Shown here: piece after piece, positions 1 through 10,341 of the stretch | How positions within the stretch are numbered: position 1 is the stretch's first letter | Layout: each line of letters begins with the position of its first letter | Assembly: GCA_009885895.1 (NCBI GenBank) | Contig: VFJV01000073.1 | Coordinates: 1-43,606, forward strand | Direction: 5' to 3' | Length of the DNA stretch: 43,606 nt | DNA from: Gammaproteobacteria bacterium | GTDB taxonomy: Bacteria; Pseudomonadota; Gammaproteobacteria; UBA1113 | Position numbers and translations under genes: made by a program | The notes under the pieces: model-generated | The model's input: the letters and a program-made list of their open reading frames with translations, nothing else | Told to the model about the DNA's origin: nothing | Databases searched by the model: none

Positions 1-13
1 CAGATATTGTTTT

Positions 14-887
<874 letters not shown>

Positions 888-1181
888 TCATAAAATTATA
901 GGATCTCGCAAAGCATCTAGTGCAGGTTTTGCACCAATATGCTCTATCTTACTTTGTCCATTTTTTCCCAGAAAATAGAATCGCAAACTATCCTTTTCAG
1001 AATTAAATGCTTTTATTAGTTTTGATTTAAGCTGTACAAATTGTGCGGGATCAACTTCGCACTCAAATACAGAATTTTGCACTCTGAGACCATAATCTAA
1101 ACAAATTTTGGCAACATGCCTTAAACGGCGAGTTCCTAACTCAGAAGCCACATTAACATCGTAAGTTACTAAAACAAGCAT
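888..1181 (-). CDS. cas2: CRISPR-associated endoribonuclease Cas2
   Basis: 97 aa. The N-terminus MLVLVTYDV and the motif NSVFEC are typical of Cas2. The gene lies immediately downstream of cas1 and next to the leader and array. Confidence 0.95.
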   Translation of the reverse strand: MLVLVTYDVNVASELGTRRLRHVAKICLDYGLRVQNSVFECEVDPAQFVQLKSKLIKAFNSEKDSLRFYFLGKNGQSKIEHIGAKPALDALRDPIIL

Positions 1182-1182
1182 T

Positions 1183-2199
1183 TTATTTTACCCAATAGGG
1201 TGGATAATATTCAGTATCACCACGAATATGCCGTGCTAATAACAATGCTTGGCAATGTGGCAATAAACCGATCTGAACTTTTTCTTGCAGATAAGGATGA
1301 AGCAATTCTTCTTGCTTTTTTTGTTGATATGCCACCAATAAGTTTTTACGAGCATCATCTGTTAGACGAATGCCGCCGCTAGACTCTTTAATGAAATCAT
1401 TAGCTTGAACTTGTTTTCGATTAATTAAAGTTAAAACAAATCTGTCGGCCCAAGAGGCACGGAATTCTTCTAATAGATCCAGCGCAAGGCTCGCGCGTCC
1501 CGATCGGTCTTGATGAATAAATCCTACGAAAGGATCTAAACCCACACCTTGTAAGGCCGATACACACTCCTGCGTAATTAAAGAATAGACAAAGGATAAT
1601 AATGCATTAATAGGATCGGTTGGAGGTCGTCTGAATCGCCCAGTAAACTGGAAATTTTTATCGTGTAATAATTGATTAAATACAGAAAAATATTCGCTAG
1701 CGGCGTCACCTTCAATACCTATGACTTCAGGAATGGATTGAGCCGCAGAGACACGATCCAAACTGCCGGCTAAATGATTTACTACTTTTTTTATACAATT
1801 ATTTTCGCCATGATTTCTAGTTTCGCGCATTAATATGGCTCGACTATTAGCAAGCTTGGCTGCAATAATAGTACGAGCAATAGATAAAGATTTTATCTTA
1901 TCATCTGCCCATCGATATTGTTCACGTCGCAGCAATACATTCCCCGTTTGTTTCCCCTGCATTCTGGCTAAAAACCTACCATATTGAGTGTAAAAAGCTA
2001 ATCCTACACCTTGCTCTGCACAATACCCCATTAAAAATGGTGATACAGAAATTTGCCCAAAACAAATGATATTTCCTATAGTGAGCACTGGAAATTGCCC
2101 CAGTTTCTCACTGCCATTTTTAATGACAATGGTTTCTCGCTCTTTATGCACATAACTTTCTTGCCGTGAAATATAGAGTGTATTAAGCAACTTTTTCAT
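1183..2199 (-). CDS. cas1: CRISPR-associated integrase Cas1 (I-C type)
   Basis: 338 aa. The N-terminus (NTLYISRQESYVHKERETIVIK) and length are Cas1-like. One nucleotide separates it from cas2, and it lies downstream of cas4. Confidence 0.95.
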   Translation of the reverse strand: MKKLLNTLYISRQESYVHKERETIVIKNGSEKLGQFPVLTIGNIICFGQISVSPFLMGYCAEQGVGLAFYTQYGRFLARMQGKQTGNVLLRREQYRWADDKIKSLSIARTIIAAKLANSRAILMRETRNHGENNCIKKVVNHLAGSLDRVSAAQSIPEVIGIEGDAASEYFSVFNQLLHDKNFQFTGRFRRPPTDPINALLSFVYSLITQECVSALQGVGLDPFVGFIHQDRSGRASLALDLLEEFRASWADRFVLTLINRKQVQANDFIKESSGGIRLTDDARKNLLVAYQQKKQEELLHPYLQEKVQIGLLPHCQALLLARHIRGDTEYYPPYWVK

Positions 2200-2201
2200 G
2201 T

Positions 2202-2837
2202 TTAATCAACCGCTTTATTTTCGAAAAATAAATTTTCTAAATGCTTTCTGGAGCAATCTTTTCTAAACGCTTTGGGTTGGCAAATGTCAACCAATGAACA
2301 GCCTTTACATCTAGATTGATCTGCTATAGGTAAGGGCGTTTTGCCTTCTTCTAATAATCGATGTGCCTCTGCAATGATATGAATTGTAGAATTTCTTAAT
2401 GCTTGATCAATATTCACAGCTTCTCGACGTCTAACTTCCCAATACCAAATAGCACCTTCAGTCACTTCCGTGCTCCGCATTTCTTCAATGCATAATGCCT
2501 GTGCGCACAGCTGAATTTTATCCCAATCCTCTATTTTGGGTTTGCCTCGTTTATATTCAACTGGAAAAAATCGCTGTGGCTTATGGCTAGAATCGATCTC
2601 TAATAAATCCATTTTTCCTTGAATTTTATATTGATGTGAAACAACAGAAACACTACGTTCGTAACGCATATTACCGCGCTGCTCAATTTCTCCAGAATCA
2701 ACCCGTTCATGCAATAAGCGTCCATCTGCTGTAAAGTAATTCTCATGCCACACTTGCTCTACGTGGATCAGAGAAAATTGGCGTGGACAGAAAGCATAAT
2801 GTTGTAACGCCGATATGGCAATCGTATTTTCTTCCAT
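2202..2837 (-). CDS. cas4: CRISPR-associated exonuclease Cas4
   Basis: 211 aa. The four-Cys Fe-S arrangement is present: one N-terminal Cys (AFCPRQF) and a C-terminal CKGCSLVDIC. A RecB-type nuclease motif is also present (MDLLEI ... VEYKRGK). Confidence 0.93.
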   Translation of the reverse strand: MEENTIAISALQHYAFCPRQFSLIHVEQVWHENYFTADGRLLHERVDSGEIEQRGNMRYERSVSVVSHQYKIQGKMDLLEIDSSHKPQRFFPVEYKRGKPKIEDWDKIQLCAQALCIEEMRSTEVTEGAIWYWEVRRREAVNIDQALRNSTIHIIAEAHRLLEEGKTPLPIADQSRCKGCSLVDICQPKAFRKDCSRKHLENLFFENKAVD

Positions 2838-2839
2838 TA

Positions 2840-3703
2840 TTAGAAACCTGCTATTTCCTCCGGTGTTAAGCCTTCTAGTGTATTTAATTGGTAAGTACCA
2901 TCCTCATTTACCTTTAAGGTCTCATGAACCCGTGCAGAAGAATATTGCCCCAATTTTGAATTATGCTTCCACCAAATAACTTTTTCAATTTTCATTGAAC
3001 CTTCTGGACGGGCGGAGGAAGCATCTCCTTCAAACAATTTAGGCAGAATACCTTTGATAGCTTCTGCATCGCCATCGCTAAATCCCGTACGTTCAGCCAA
3101 TTGCGGATTCATTGCGCCAAAAGTAAGATACGTGGCATTGTCTATTCGATGTTTCATTCCCATGGTATCCGAGCTTTTACCACCATCTTTAGTATCTTCA
3201 CTGTTCACACTTTTAGTAATTTGTGTGCTTACAATATCTACGGGTGCTCTGCTAAAAGCAGATTGAATACTTACCGGACCCCTAATGGCAATAGATACTC
3301 CATTGGCATCTTTTGTATCCTCTGTCGTCCCTTCTTTTTTCTTAGAAGAGGCTTTTTTTCCTTTAAAAGCAAATACTTGACCAAAGCTTCTAACATCAAA
3401 CCATATTTCACAAGCTTTTTTTGCTGCTTCATCTTTTCGTGTTAGCAGTTCTCCCAATACAGATTCAGCGCGACGGCTTAAACTGGTCATTCCATCGGTT
3501 TTTTTCTCATCCGACTGTACGAAAATCGCACTTCCTGATTCTTGTAAGCGATCGCGGATTTTCCGTTTTAAACAAACATCACTTACTTCACCGTAATTAG
3601 CATAATCTACTCTAGGGCGATTTCCATTTAATGGGTCCCCATTTGGATTCGCGTTTTTTACTTTAAAAATAATGGCAAAATCGATTTTATTATTCAGACT
3701 CAT
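2840..3703 (-). CDS. cas7: Type I-C Cascade backbone subunit Cas7 (Csd2)
   Basis: 287 aa. The N-terminal NANPNGDPLNGNRPR and VSDVCLKRKIRDRL motifs are typical of Csd2/Cas7c. It overlaps the cas8c stop by 14 nt. Confidence 0.93.
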   Translation of the reverse strand: MSLNNKIDFAIIFKVKNANPNGDPLNGNRPRVDYANYGEVSDVCLKRKIRDRLQESGSAIFVQSDEKKTDGMTSLSRRAESVLGELLTRKDEAAKKACEIWFDVRSFGQVFAFKGKKASSKKKEGTTEDTKDANGVSIAIRGPVSIQSAFSRAPVDIVSTQITKSVNSEDTKDGGKSSDTMGMKHRIDNATYLTFGAMNPQLAERTGFSDGDAEAIKGILPKLFEGDASSARPEGSMKIEKVIWWKHNSKLGQYSSARVHETLKVNEDGTYQLNTLEGLTPEEIAGF

Positions 3704-4103
3704 GGCATAACTCCTTGGTATTCATTTCAATATTAGTTTCTTCAGGTTTCCTATAATTTTTCTCGCAAAAATAGCCTAAAAGGTATTCTCCTGTTAATGC
3801 TTTATCATTTAAAAAATCATTTGGGTCAAAAAGATCGCAAATCTCTTGTGTCTGACGCTCCCAATAATTGAATAAACCTGCATCCTTAGAGACTCGCAAA
3901 CGATTTTTATAAGGCCGTAAGCTTTCATCTATTATTTTCCAGGTAGAAAATGGACGTGACGAAAAGCGCTGCATTAATCGTTCAGCACTGGTAATTCTAT
4001 TTTCATTATTTTGATTTAAAGCGTGTCGTTCAATTTTTTCGGAAATTGCTAATAGTCTTCCATACAAATAATCTCGGCTTCTACGTTCCTTTTCTAAACT
4101 CAT
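3690..4103 (-). CDS. Candidate internally translated small subunit Cas11c, in frame with the C-terminal 137 codons of cas8c
   Basis: An in-frame ATG at 4103-4101 (MSLEKERRSRDYLYGRL...) is preceded by AGGAGA (complement of 4114-4119), 10 nt upstream. I-C systems are reported to produce Cas11 from an internal start in cas8c. Confidence 0.45.
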   Translation of the reverse strand: MSLEKERRSRDYLYGRLLAISEKIERHALNQNNENRITSAERLMQRFSSRPFSTWKIIDESLRPYKNRLRVSKDAGLFNYWERQTQEICDLFDPNDFLNDKALTGEYLLGYFCEKNYRKPEETNIEMNTKELCHESE

Positions 4104-5651
4104 TTGATATCGTTCTCCTGTTTTATTTTTAATGTTCCGTGCTGAATATCCTTTAAATAAAGCGCAAGTAATACCCATGTTTTTCTTCCATAGCCATTTT
4201 GCATCTTTATACATAGGTGAATTTGGATTGCTGGCGTTGCGCACACAGGCACTGATTAAATTTTTTGGAAATGCCGAGCGATCTTGGATGCAAAATAACA
4301 ACTGCTCTATGGTTTTTTTTACTAGACTATCATTTACCCTTTCTCCATAAGCTGCTTTGATTATGTCTAATGGAATCGGTGGTATTTCTCGCCATTCGCG
4401 TGTGTTTGTAGCAACTAGACAATGTTGTGGCCATGAAAAGTCACTGTACCAAGACTCAATATTGTCAAAAAATTCTGTTGCATTTAATTCGCGATAATAA
4501 GTAATGCTCATACGTCCTGGGCTGGCTGAATCTAAAGCCATTATACTAATGCTTTCCTGAGCTTCCAATTTTGATTTATAGCCGATCAATCTTTTTCTAA
4601 GGTTGTGCGCAAATTGCTGTCCTAAATTATTGGAATGATCTATTGAAGCGGGAATTTCATCCTCGCTAGACATAGGTTCATCGAACCAATCTATAGGATC
4701 TTTTAGTGGGTTGGGTATAAAAGAACCTGAAATAGCCCAAGCGACGATAGCTTGATCTTTATTACGATATCCTTGTTGTTCTATAAGCCAGCGCAAAGCA
4801 CTGTGTGCTTTCTGTGTTATCTCTGTACCTATACCTACGGCTTCTAATTTATCTAGAAAGCGGCCTCTAAACGTAAAACCATCCTTATCATTAGATGAAA
4901 CGAGCTTTGCACTATCCCCAGAATGCCGTAATCTTGCTGGATGTTTGGTTGCCATTGACTGTATTTCAGAACTAACAAAACAAAAACCTTTGCTGTTTTT
5001 TTCCTGACTTAATGAAAGTTGTGTCCAGCTTGCTTGTAAACTTTTATCTTCCCAGGTATTTGAGGCGCTATCGCAATCCGCCGAATCAATTTCCACAGAC
5101 CAACAGACTAAGGCTGAACTTTGTTGAATGATTCCCTCCTTTTTAGGGAGTATACTGAACAACTCAGGTGCCGTTCCTTCATAAGGCCAATGATCTAATA
5201 AATGATTATTTTCATCCATATAGACTATTTTTGAGCGAATTAAGTCACTTAAAACATGCCCTTTTTTGATGTATTGATATACTGCAATAGCCTTAGGGTG
5301 GCTATAATCCGATTCACACCAATATTGCAGCTGTTTCTCATAACTCTCAAAAAAATTATATTTTTTAATACCACCATAGTCTAAATAATCTTTGGCAACA
5401 TATTGTAGTTTATCTGCCAATGGGTGGGGCGCTTCACCACTGGTTCGTCCCGCTGAGTCTTCAGTCGCAGGCAAAATAACCTGAGTCTTTTTATTTAAAA
5501 CGTTTGCCCGTTTAAACGCGCCATTTCCATCCAAAACAATATTAATATGTGCATTTTGACGAATATGGGCTACAGGAAGAGGTGCATCATTGCCGTCACC
5601 TTCATTAACTGCTTGCTCATACGTTTCATAAAGCCTGGTCATCCAACTCAT
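3690..5651 (-). CDS. cas8c: Type I-C large subunit Cas8c (Csd1)
   Basis: 653 aa. It sits between cas5 and cas7 in the canonical I-C order. It overlaps cas5 by 4 nt (ATGA-type coupling). Confidence 0.9.
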   Translation of the reverse strand: MSWMTRLYETYEQAVNEGDGNDAPLPVAHIRQNAHINIVLDGNGAFKRANVLNKKTQVILPATEDSAGRTSGEAPHPLADKLQYVAKDYLDYGGIKKYNFFESYEKQLQYWCESDYSHPKAIAVYQYIKKGHVLSDLIRSKIVYMDENNHLLDHWPYEGTAPELFSILPKKEGIIQQSSALVCWSVEIDSADCDSASNTWEDKSLQASWTQLSLSQEKNSKGFCFVSSEIQSMATKHPARLRHSGDSAKLVSSNDKDGFTFRGRFLDKLEAVGIGTEITQKAHSALRWLIEQQGYRNKDQAIVAWAISGSFIPNPLKDPIDWFDEPMSSEDEIPASIDHSNNLGQQFAHNLRKRLIGYKSKLEAQESISIMALDSASPGRMSITYYRELNATEFFDNIESWYSDFSWPQHCLVATNTREWREIPPIPLDIIKAAYGERVNDSLVKKTIEQLLFCIQDRSAFPKNLISACVRNASNPNSPMYKDAKWLWKKNMGITCALFKGYSARNIKNKTGERYQMSLEKERRSRDYLYGRLLAISEKIERHALNQNNENRITSAERLMQRFSSRPFSTWKIIDESLRPYKNRLRVSKDAGLFNYWERQTQEICDLFDPNDFLNDKALTGEYLLGYFCEKNYRKPEETNIEMNTKELCHESE

Positions 5652-6367
5652 AATAAAATGGCCTCTTCGTCAACTGAACGCAGATTTTCGCCCGGCTCAA
5701 AGCTTTTCGCATTCATTGCCCTTATAAACCGACGAGATTGACAATCTTCTGGCTTAGGAAATTCTAAAACACCTTTCTTCATGGTGGCTGCCCAAAAACG
5801 TCCGTGAAATTCATTCTTGCCTATTTCATCTGGATAATCAAAGCCATGGAACATGAGACCAAAACCCAATTCATCAATATTGTCATAAACCCCATTACCT
5901 TCACCAAAATGGCAAGGCTCTACATACCCTTGGCAATCTCTAGTACCTAAAAAAATATCTTGCCGTCCCCCTTTTTCAAGGCAACGATTGACGATTGCAA
6001 AATGTTTGCCATCAACCCGGTCTTTTTCTAATTCGGGTCTATGTGGGTTCCAATCAAAATGAGCTTCTACTTGATATTCTACATCGTGTAAGAAAGTATA
6101 AATAGCTAAGTCATGGGTACTGTTTCCACCCGTCCATTTGATAGGTTTTGTGCTTTTGGTTTGTGTTCGTATGGGTTTTATAACCCGAACTCTATCTACA
6201 TACCAAATAAACGTAGGTTTCCAATAAATTGATTTTAAAACGCCTTTTATGGCTTCATAAGTTGGCAGATGATAGGAAAATTTTTCTCCGCCTATTTTAG
6301 TGATAGGATCAGTAAACAAAGCAAACCGCCCCCATAGTCTAAAGCTGATGCTATTTTTTAGATTCAT
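5648..6367 (-). CDS. cas5: Type I-C Cas5 (Cas5c/Cas5d), the pre-crRNA processing subunit
   Basis: 239 aa. FRLWGRFALFTDP and YEAIKGVLKSIYWKP are typical Cas5d N-terminal motifs. It lies downstream of cas3. Confidence 0.93.
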   Translation of the reverse strand: MNLKNSISFRLWGRFALFTDPITKIGGEKFSYHLPTYEAIKGVLKSIYWKPTFIWYVDRVRVIKPIRTQTKSTKPIKWTGGNSTHDLAIYTFLHDVEYQVEAHFDWNPHRPELEKDRVDGKHFAIVNRCLEKGGRQDIFLGTRDCQGYVEPCHFGEGNGVYDNIDELGFGLMFHGFDYPDEIGKNEFHGRFWAATMKKGVLEFPKPEDCQSRRFIRAMNAKSFEPGENLRSVDEEAILL

Positions 6368-6370
6368 TTC

Positions 6371-8776
6371 TTATACCACCATACTGCTCATTTCAGTTAC
6401 AGGATCGGCCGACACGCCAAATTCTTCACTATAATAACACTCATTTAAATAAAAAACACCTTCCCCCTGTATCTCAAGGATAGCCCCTTTTTCACAAAGG
6501 GCTCTCCATGTGTTAGGAAAAACATTGACGCTATAACGCTGTGCTAGACGCAAAAGGTCATAATATCGCTTTTTGTCAAATTCCTTAGCGACAGAGCAAA
6601 GCTGTGTGATTAAATCTTGGCCCTTTCCATGCTGAATAATGATGGCCTTAGTAGGCGCATCAATGACTGAAAATAACTTCCCTGCAGTCATAAAAGAATG
6701 TTGTAACAAGTATGATTTAGAGTTATACCCACCATTTTTCACATCATTTGAGAGTAAATTAAATAGATTCGTATCATAACCAAATTCTTTAGCGGGCACA
6801 TTGAAACTCATTTCACTAGAGCGCTGGTAAAAATAATACTTAAAATAAAGTTCTATAGATTTGGGTAAAAGCAAATGATCTGGATCTTTTAATTCAGAGA
6901 GTACTCTTTGCGTTTTTTCTTTACCAATCTGAATGTCCGTTAATTCATCAATATGCTCTTTATCAGGATTGAGAATATACACTTTCCCTGGCATAGGGTT
7001 CCCAGATGCATCTGAGAGCATGGCATGTCTATTGCAGCGTCCCGCTGCTTGCGCTATGGAATCCAACCCCGCTAAAAATCGAATCACAGTAGCAAAATCA
7101 ATATCCACACCAGCTTCCATCAATTGCGTGCTAATACATAATACTGGCAGTTTATCATTCAACCTTTTGCGGATCTCTTCGAGCAGCTTCTGACGGTGTG
7201 CGGGATATTGGTGTGTACTCAAATGATACAAGCCAGTTATGCTTCCCTTCTCTTTACAGAGTTGAAATAAATTTTTAGCCCATGATTTAGTGTTGACGAT
7301 AATCAAACAACTGCCTTTATCGCTCAATTCTTTTAAAGCCAAACTCACAATTTCATCGACATCCCAACCACCATTTTTGCAGCCATTAATAATTTGCACC
7401 CTTTTTAAGTCATTGAAAACTTGCCCCACATCATCAATCAATTCTTCTCCTTTAGGGAAAAAATAGTCTTCACTTTTAGGGTGCTTTAAGGCATTCAACA
7501 ATGGTTGAGTTGCAGTACAGAGTAAAGCGGTGACTTGAGCGTGTTCTACTAAAAAATTAATGGCGTTGCAAAATAGGTAGGTACATTTGATGGGTAATGT
7601 TTGAATCTCGTCAAAGATAAGTACACTTTTAGCCAATTGATGTAATCGGCGTACGCTTTGAGTTCCACCAGAAAATAAGACTTCTAAAAACTGTACCATC
7701 GTTGTTAGAATAATCGGGGAACTCCAATTTTCAGCACTTAATTTACTGTGCCAAGTTTCTTTTTCAGGCTCTAAATTTGAGTGATGCTCCAACACCCATT
7801 CATTACCCTCGTTTTCAACAAATTCTCTAATGACTTTAGCATTTTGCTCTATAATGGAGGTGTAAGGAATAATATAAACAATCCGATCTAATTGATGTTT
7901 TTTGGCATGATGTAAGGCATAACGCAAACTAGCCAATGTCTTCCCTCCACCTGTAGGTACAGTTAAAGTATAAATACCTTGTTCTTTAAATGCTTTTTCG
8001 TAACAGTTGTCGGATATTTTTTTTCGAATACTATCTATGGCGCTAGTAGAAGAAAAGTGCTTTAGTTTGCTTTCAACTTGATCAATAGCAATTTGCCAAT
8101 CAGTCTGGCGCGGTTGATACGGCTTGTCAGGGTTAGCGCTGTCAATTCTGTCTGCATCAATTAAGCAGCTAAATAGAAATTTAGTCAGTAGCCCAAAATA
8201 AAACCACTTTGTTTGATCTGTTGCCGTGAATGTTTTGATTTTTTGAACCATTTCAGGGAATAGTATATTATCTGAAATGTGAGTCATTCTTTCTAGAATA
8301 TCGGGGTCTATATTTTGTAAACACTCATCATAATGACTTTTTTCATCATTCTTTTCTATGCGGTTATTAAAACCTGGACAACCATCAGGCTTTAAACAAT
8401 CTATAAGGCCACTGTGGTGGGAAGCAACACATAAAGCCATAATTTGTCTAATCAATAATTCTCCTTTAGTTGAATCTTTTTTCTTCATTCTCCAGATCCA
8501 TTGAGCTCCTGCGGTGGAATGGTCGATTTTACCTTTATGCTGTTTAGGATCCATGTAGTCATCATCAAGGTCAGGATCCAGTGTTCCAGAAATTGAGTTG
8601 ATATAATTTTGGAAGTCTTGACTGTATTTTCCTATATCGTGCAATAATCCCAATAATTCCCCACAATTTTCTAACCCTATCTTAGACGCGAAAAGTCGTG
8701 CTTTTGCAGCTGCACCGATTAAATGATCCTTTAATAATTGATTGGGGCGTGCTATATATTTTTCTTCTTTAGTCAT
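6371..8776 (-). CDS. cas3: CRISPR-associated helicase/nuclease Cas3 (HD domain fused to an SF2 helicase)
   Basis: 801 aa. It has an HD motif (LLHDIGKYSQDF), helicase motif I (PTGGGKTLAS) and motif II (IFDEIQ). It is the first gene of the I-C operon, with AAGGA 8 nt upstream of the ATG. Confidence 0.95.
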   Translation of the reverse strand: MTKEEKYIARPNQLLKDHLIGAAAKARLFASKIGLENCGELLGLLHDIGKYSQDFQNYINSISGTLDPDLDDDYMDPKQHKGKIDHSTAGAQWIWRMKKKDSTKGELLIRQIMALCVASHHSGLIDCLKPDGCPGFNNRIEKNDEKSHYDECLQNIDPDILERMTHISDNILFPEMVQKIKTFTATDQTKWFYFGLLTKFLFSCLIDADRIDSANPDKPYQPRQTDWQIAIDQVESKLKHFSSTSAIDSIRKKISDNCYEKAFKEQGIYTLTVPTGGGKTLASLRYALHHAKKHQLDRIVYIIPYTSIIEQNAKVIREFVENEGNEWVLEHHSNLEPEKETWHSKLSAENWSSPIILTTMVQFLEVLFSGGTQSVRRLHQLAKSVLIFDEIQTLPIKCTYLFCNAINFLVEHAQVTALLCTATQPLLNALKHPKSEDYFFPKGEELIDDVGQVFNDLKRVQIINGCKNGGWDVDEIVSLALKELSDKGSCLIIVNTKSWAKNLFQLCKEKGSITGLYHLSTHQYPAHRQKLLEEIRKRLNDKLPVLCISTQLMEAGVDIDFATVIRFLAGLDSIAQAAGRCNRHAMLSDASGNPMPGKVYILNPDKEHIDELTDIQIGKEKTQRVLSELKDPDHLLLPKSIELYFKYYFYQRSSEMSFNVPAKEFGYDTNLFNLLSNDVKNGGYNSKSYLLQHSFMTAGKLFSVIDAPTKAIIIQHGKGQDLITQLCSVAKEFDKKRYYDLLRLAQRYSVNVFPNTWRALCEKGAILEIQGEGVFYLNECYYSEEFGVSADPVTEMSSMVV

Positions 8777-8812
8777 ATATTTTCCTTGTGTATACAGAAA
8801 GTAACTCGATCC

Positions 8813-10147
8813 TCAAACCCACCCCTTCAGTCCCATCAAATCTTTCGCCCCTTCCAATAATTCCGTTCTAAATTTTGGATGGGCGATCTCGATTAAGGCC
8901 ATGGCTCTGTCGTAGGTGGATTTTCCTTTTAAATTGACGATACCGTATTCGGTTGCGATGTATTCTACATCCACTCTAGAATCTGTAATGGGCCCTGAAA
9001 CCAGGGGGATAATACGTGAAACACTGCCGCTTGCCGCCGTGGAATGCGCGGCCAAAATAGAAGCGCCGTCTTTGGATAATTGCGCACCACGTATAAAGTC
9101 CAGTTGTCCGCCTATGGCGCTAAATTGTTTTCCATTGACGGATTCGGCATTCACTTGACCAAACAAATCTACTTGCACAAAACTATTAATAGAAATAACC
9201 CTGTCATTTTTTGCGATGATATAAGGATCGTTAACATAATCTACAGGATGGCATTCCATGCTGGAATTGTCGTTTAAAAAATCATACATTGCTTTGTCGC
9301 CTAGAGCGAAAGTATAAACGCTTTTGTGCCGATTGATATTTTTGAATCGGTTCGTAATGGCGCCACATTGTATGAGTTTTACGATAGCTGGCGTTATTAA
9401 TTCGCTATGCAAACCTAAATGTTGGTGCGCGGTTAAGGCTTCGCAAATGGCGCTTGGCACAGAGCCTATGCCAAATTGCAAAGTGGCTTTATCAGGAATT
9501 AAATGAATAATTTGTTTTGCAATTTCCTTGTCTATTTCAGAAATGGATTTTGTGGGCGATTCACATAAAGGAACATTGTTTTCAATCAGGGCATCGATTT
9601 CCGATAAATGTAAACTGCAATTCCCAAAAGCCCTAGGCATGTGTGCATTGACTTCTACAATGAGTTTTTTAGCCATGCGTGCGGCAGGAATACTGTAATC
9701 GCTATTTGTGCCGCAACTAAAATACCCACCTTTGTCCATGGGGGAAACCGTCATGATGAAGGTGTCTAAGTCTAAATATTTTTCTATGATTCTCGGTACT
9801 TCGCTAAAATTAGATGGCACAAAAAAAACAACCCGTTTATTCTCTGAAACGCCGCGCTCTATTAATGCCCGCTCTGCCGCGCCCATAAAAAAAGGATGCG
9901 GTTTGATTCGATCCATATATTCGTATTTTAGCAAGCTGTTGTACAAGGGCGGTGCGGAATGCAAATAATAAAGATTGAGCCGTTCGATATCGCGTTTTTG
10001 CACTCTTTTTTCTATGGTGTGCAGCAACGCAGGCGGCGCGCTTACGGCCATGCCTATGCCGATATTCCCGATCTTGGGCAAATATTCAGCCGCTTTTTCT
10101 GGCGTGCTTAATTTATTTTGATACTCGCCGTGATAATCCATTCGCAT
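8813..10147 (-). CDS. Acetyl-CoA hydrolase/transferase family protein, similar to 4-hydroxybutyrate CoA-transferase (Cat2/AbfT)
   Basis: 444 aa. Similarity to Clostridium Cat2 runs along the whole length as I recall that sequence (ATLQFGIGS, GLHSELI with the catalytic Glu, SINSFVQVDLFGQV, GGQLDFIRGA, AHPKFR). Confidence 0.85.
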   Translation of the reverse strand: MRMDYHGEYQNKLSTPEKAAEYLPKIGNIGIGMAVSAPPALLHTIEKRVQKRDIERLNLYYLHSAPPLYNSLLKYEYMDRIKPHPFFMGAAERALIERGVSENKRVVFFVPSNFSEVPRIIEKYLDLDTFIMTVSPMDKGGYFSCGTNSDYSIPAARMAKKLIVEVNAHMPRAFGNCSLHLSEIDALIENNVPLCESPTKSISEIDKEIAKQIIHLIPDKATLQFGIGSVPSAICEALTAHQHLGLHSELITPAIVKLIQCGAITNRFKNINRHKSVYTFALGDKAMYDFLNDNSSMECHPVDYVNDPYIIAKNDRVISINSFVQVDLFGQVNAESVNGKQFSAIGGQLDFIRGAQLSKDGASILAAHSTAASGSVSRIIPLVSGPITDSRVDVEYIATEYGIVNLKGKSTYDRAMALIEIAHPKFRTELLEGAKDLMGLKGWV

Positions 10148-10341
10148 TCATAACCCCAAAATAAAGCCAGAGTATACTCCTAAACACACGTACGGGCAAG
10201 ATAGAGCATCCTTGAAAATACTTTTATATATTGGAATTCAATGTTATAATAGAACACCTTTTTAGCCATACTTGCTTTGCACTAGAATTGCACAGATGGC
10301 CTGAACTATGCTCGAAGAGTATATAGCTATGAGACACTTTA

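Noticed and set aside
1200-7193. Plus-strand ORFs inside the cas operon (1200-1382, 3054-3266, 3101-3445, 4132-4350, 5547-5741, 6933-7193)
   Set aside because: They are antisense shadows of well-supported cas genes. They have low-complexity or odd composition, no SD, and no room in a tightly packed operon.
10148-10341. metG promoter (TTGAAA ... TATAAT at about 10213-10251)
   Set aside because: The best hexamers are 27 nt apart, or 8 nt for the alternative TTGGAA. No pair has acceptable spacing, so I did not call one.
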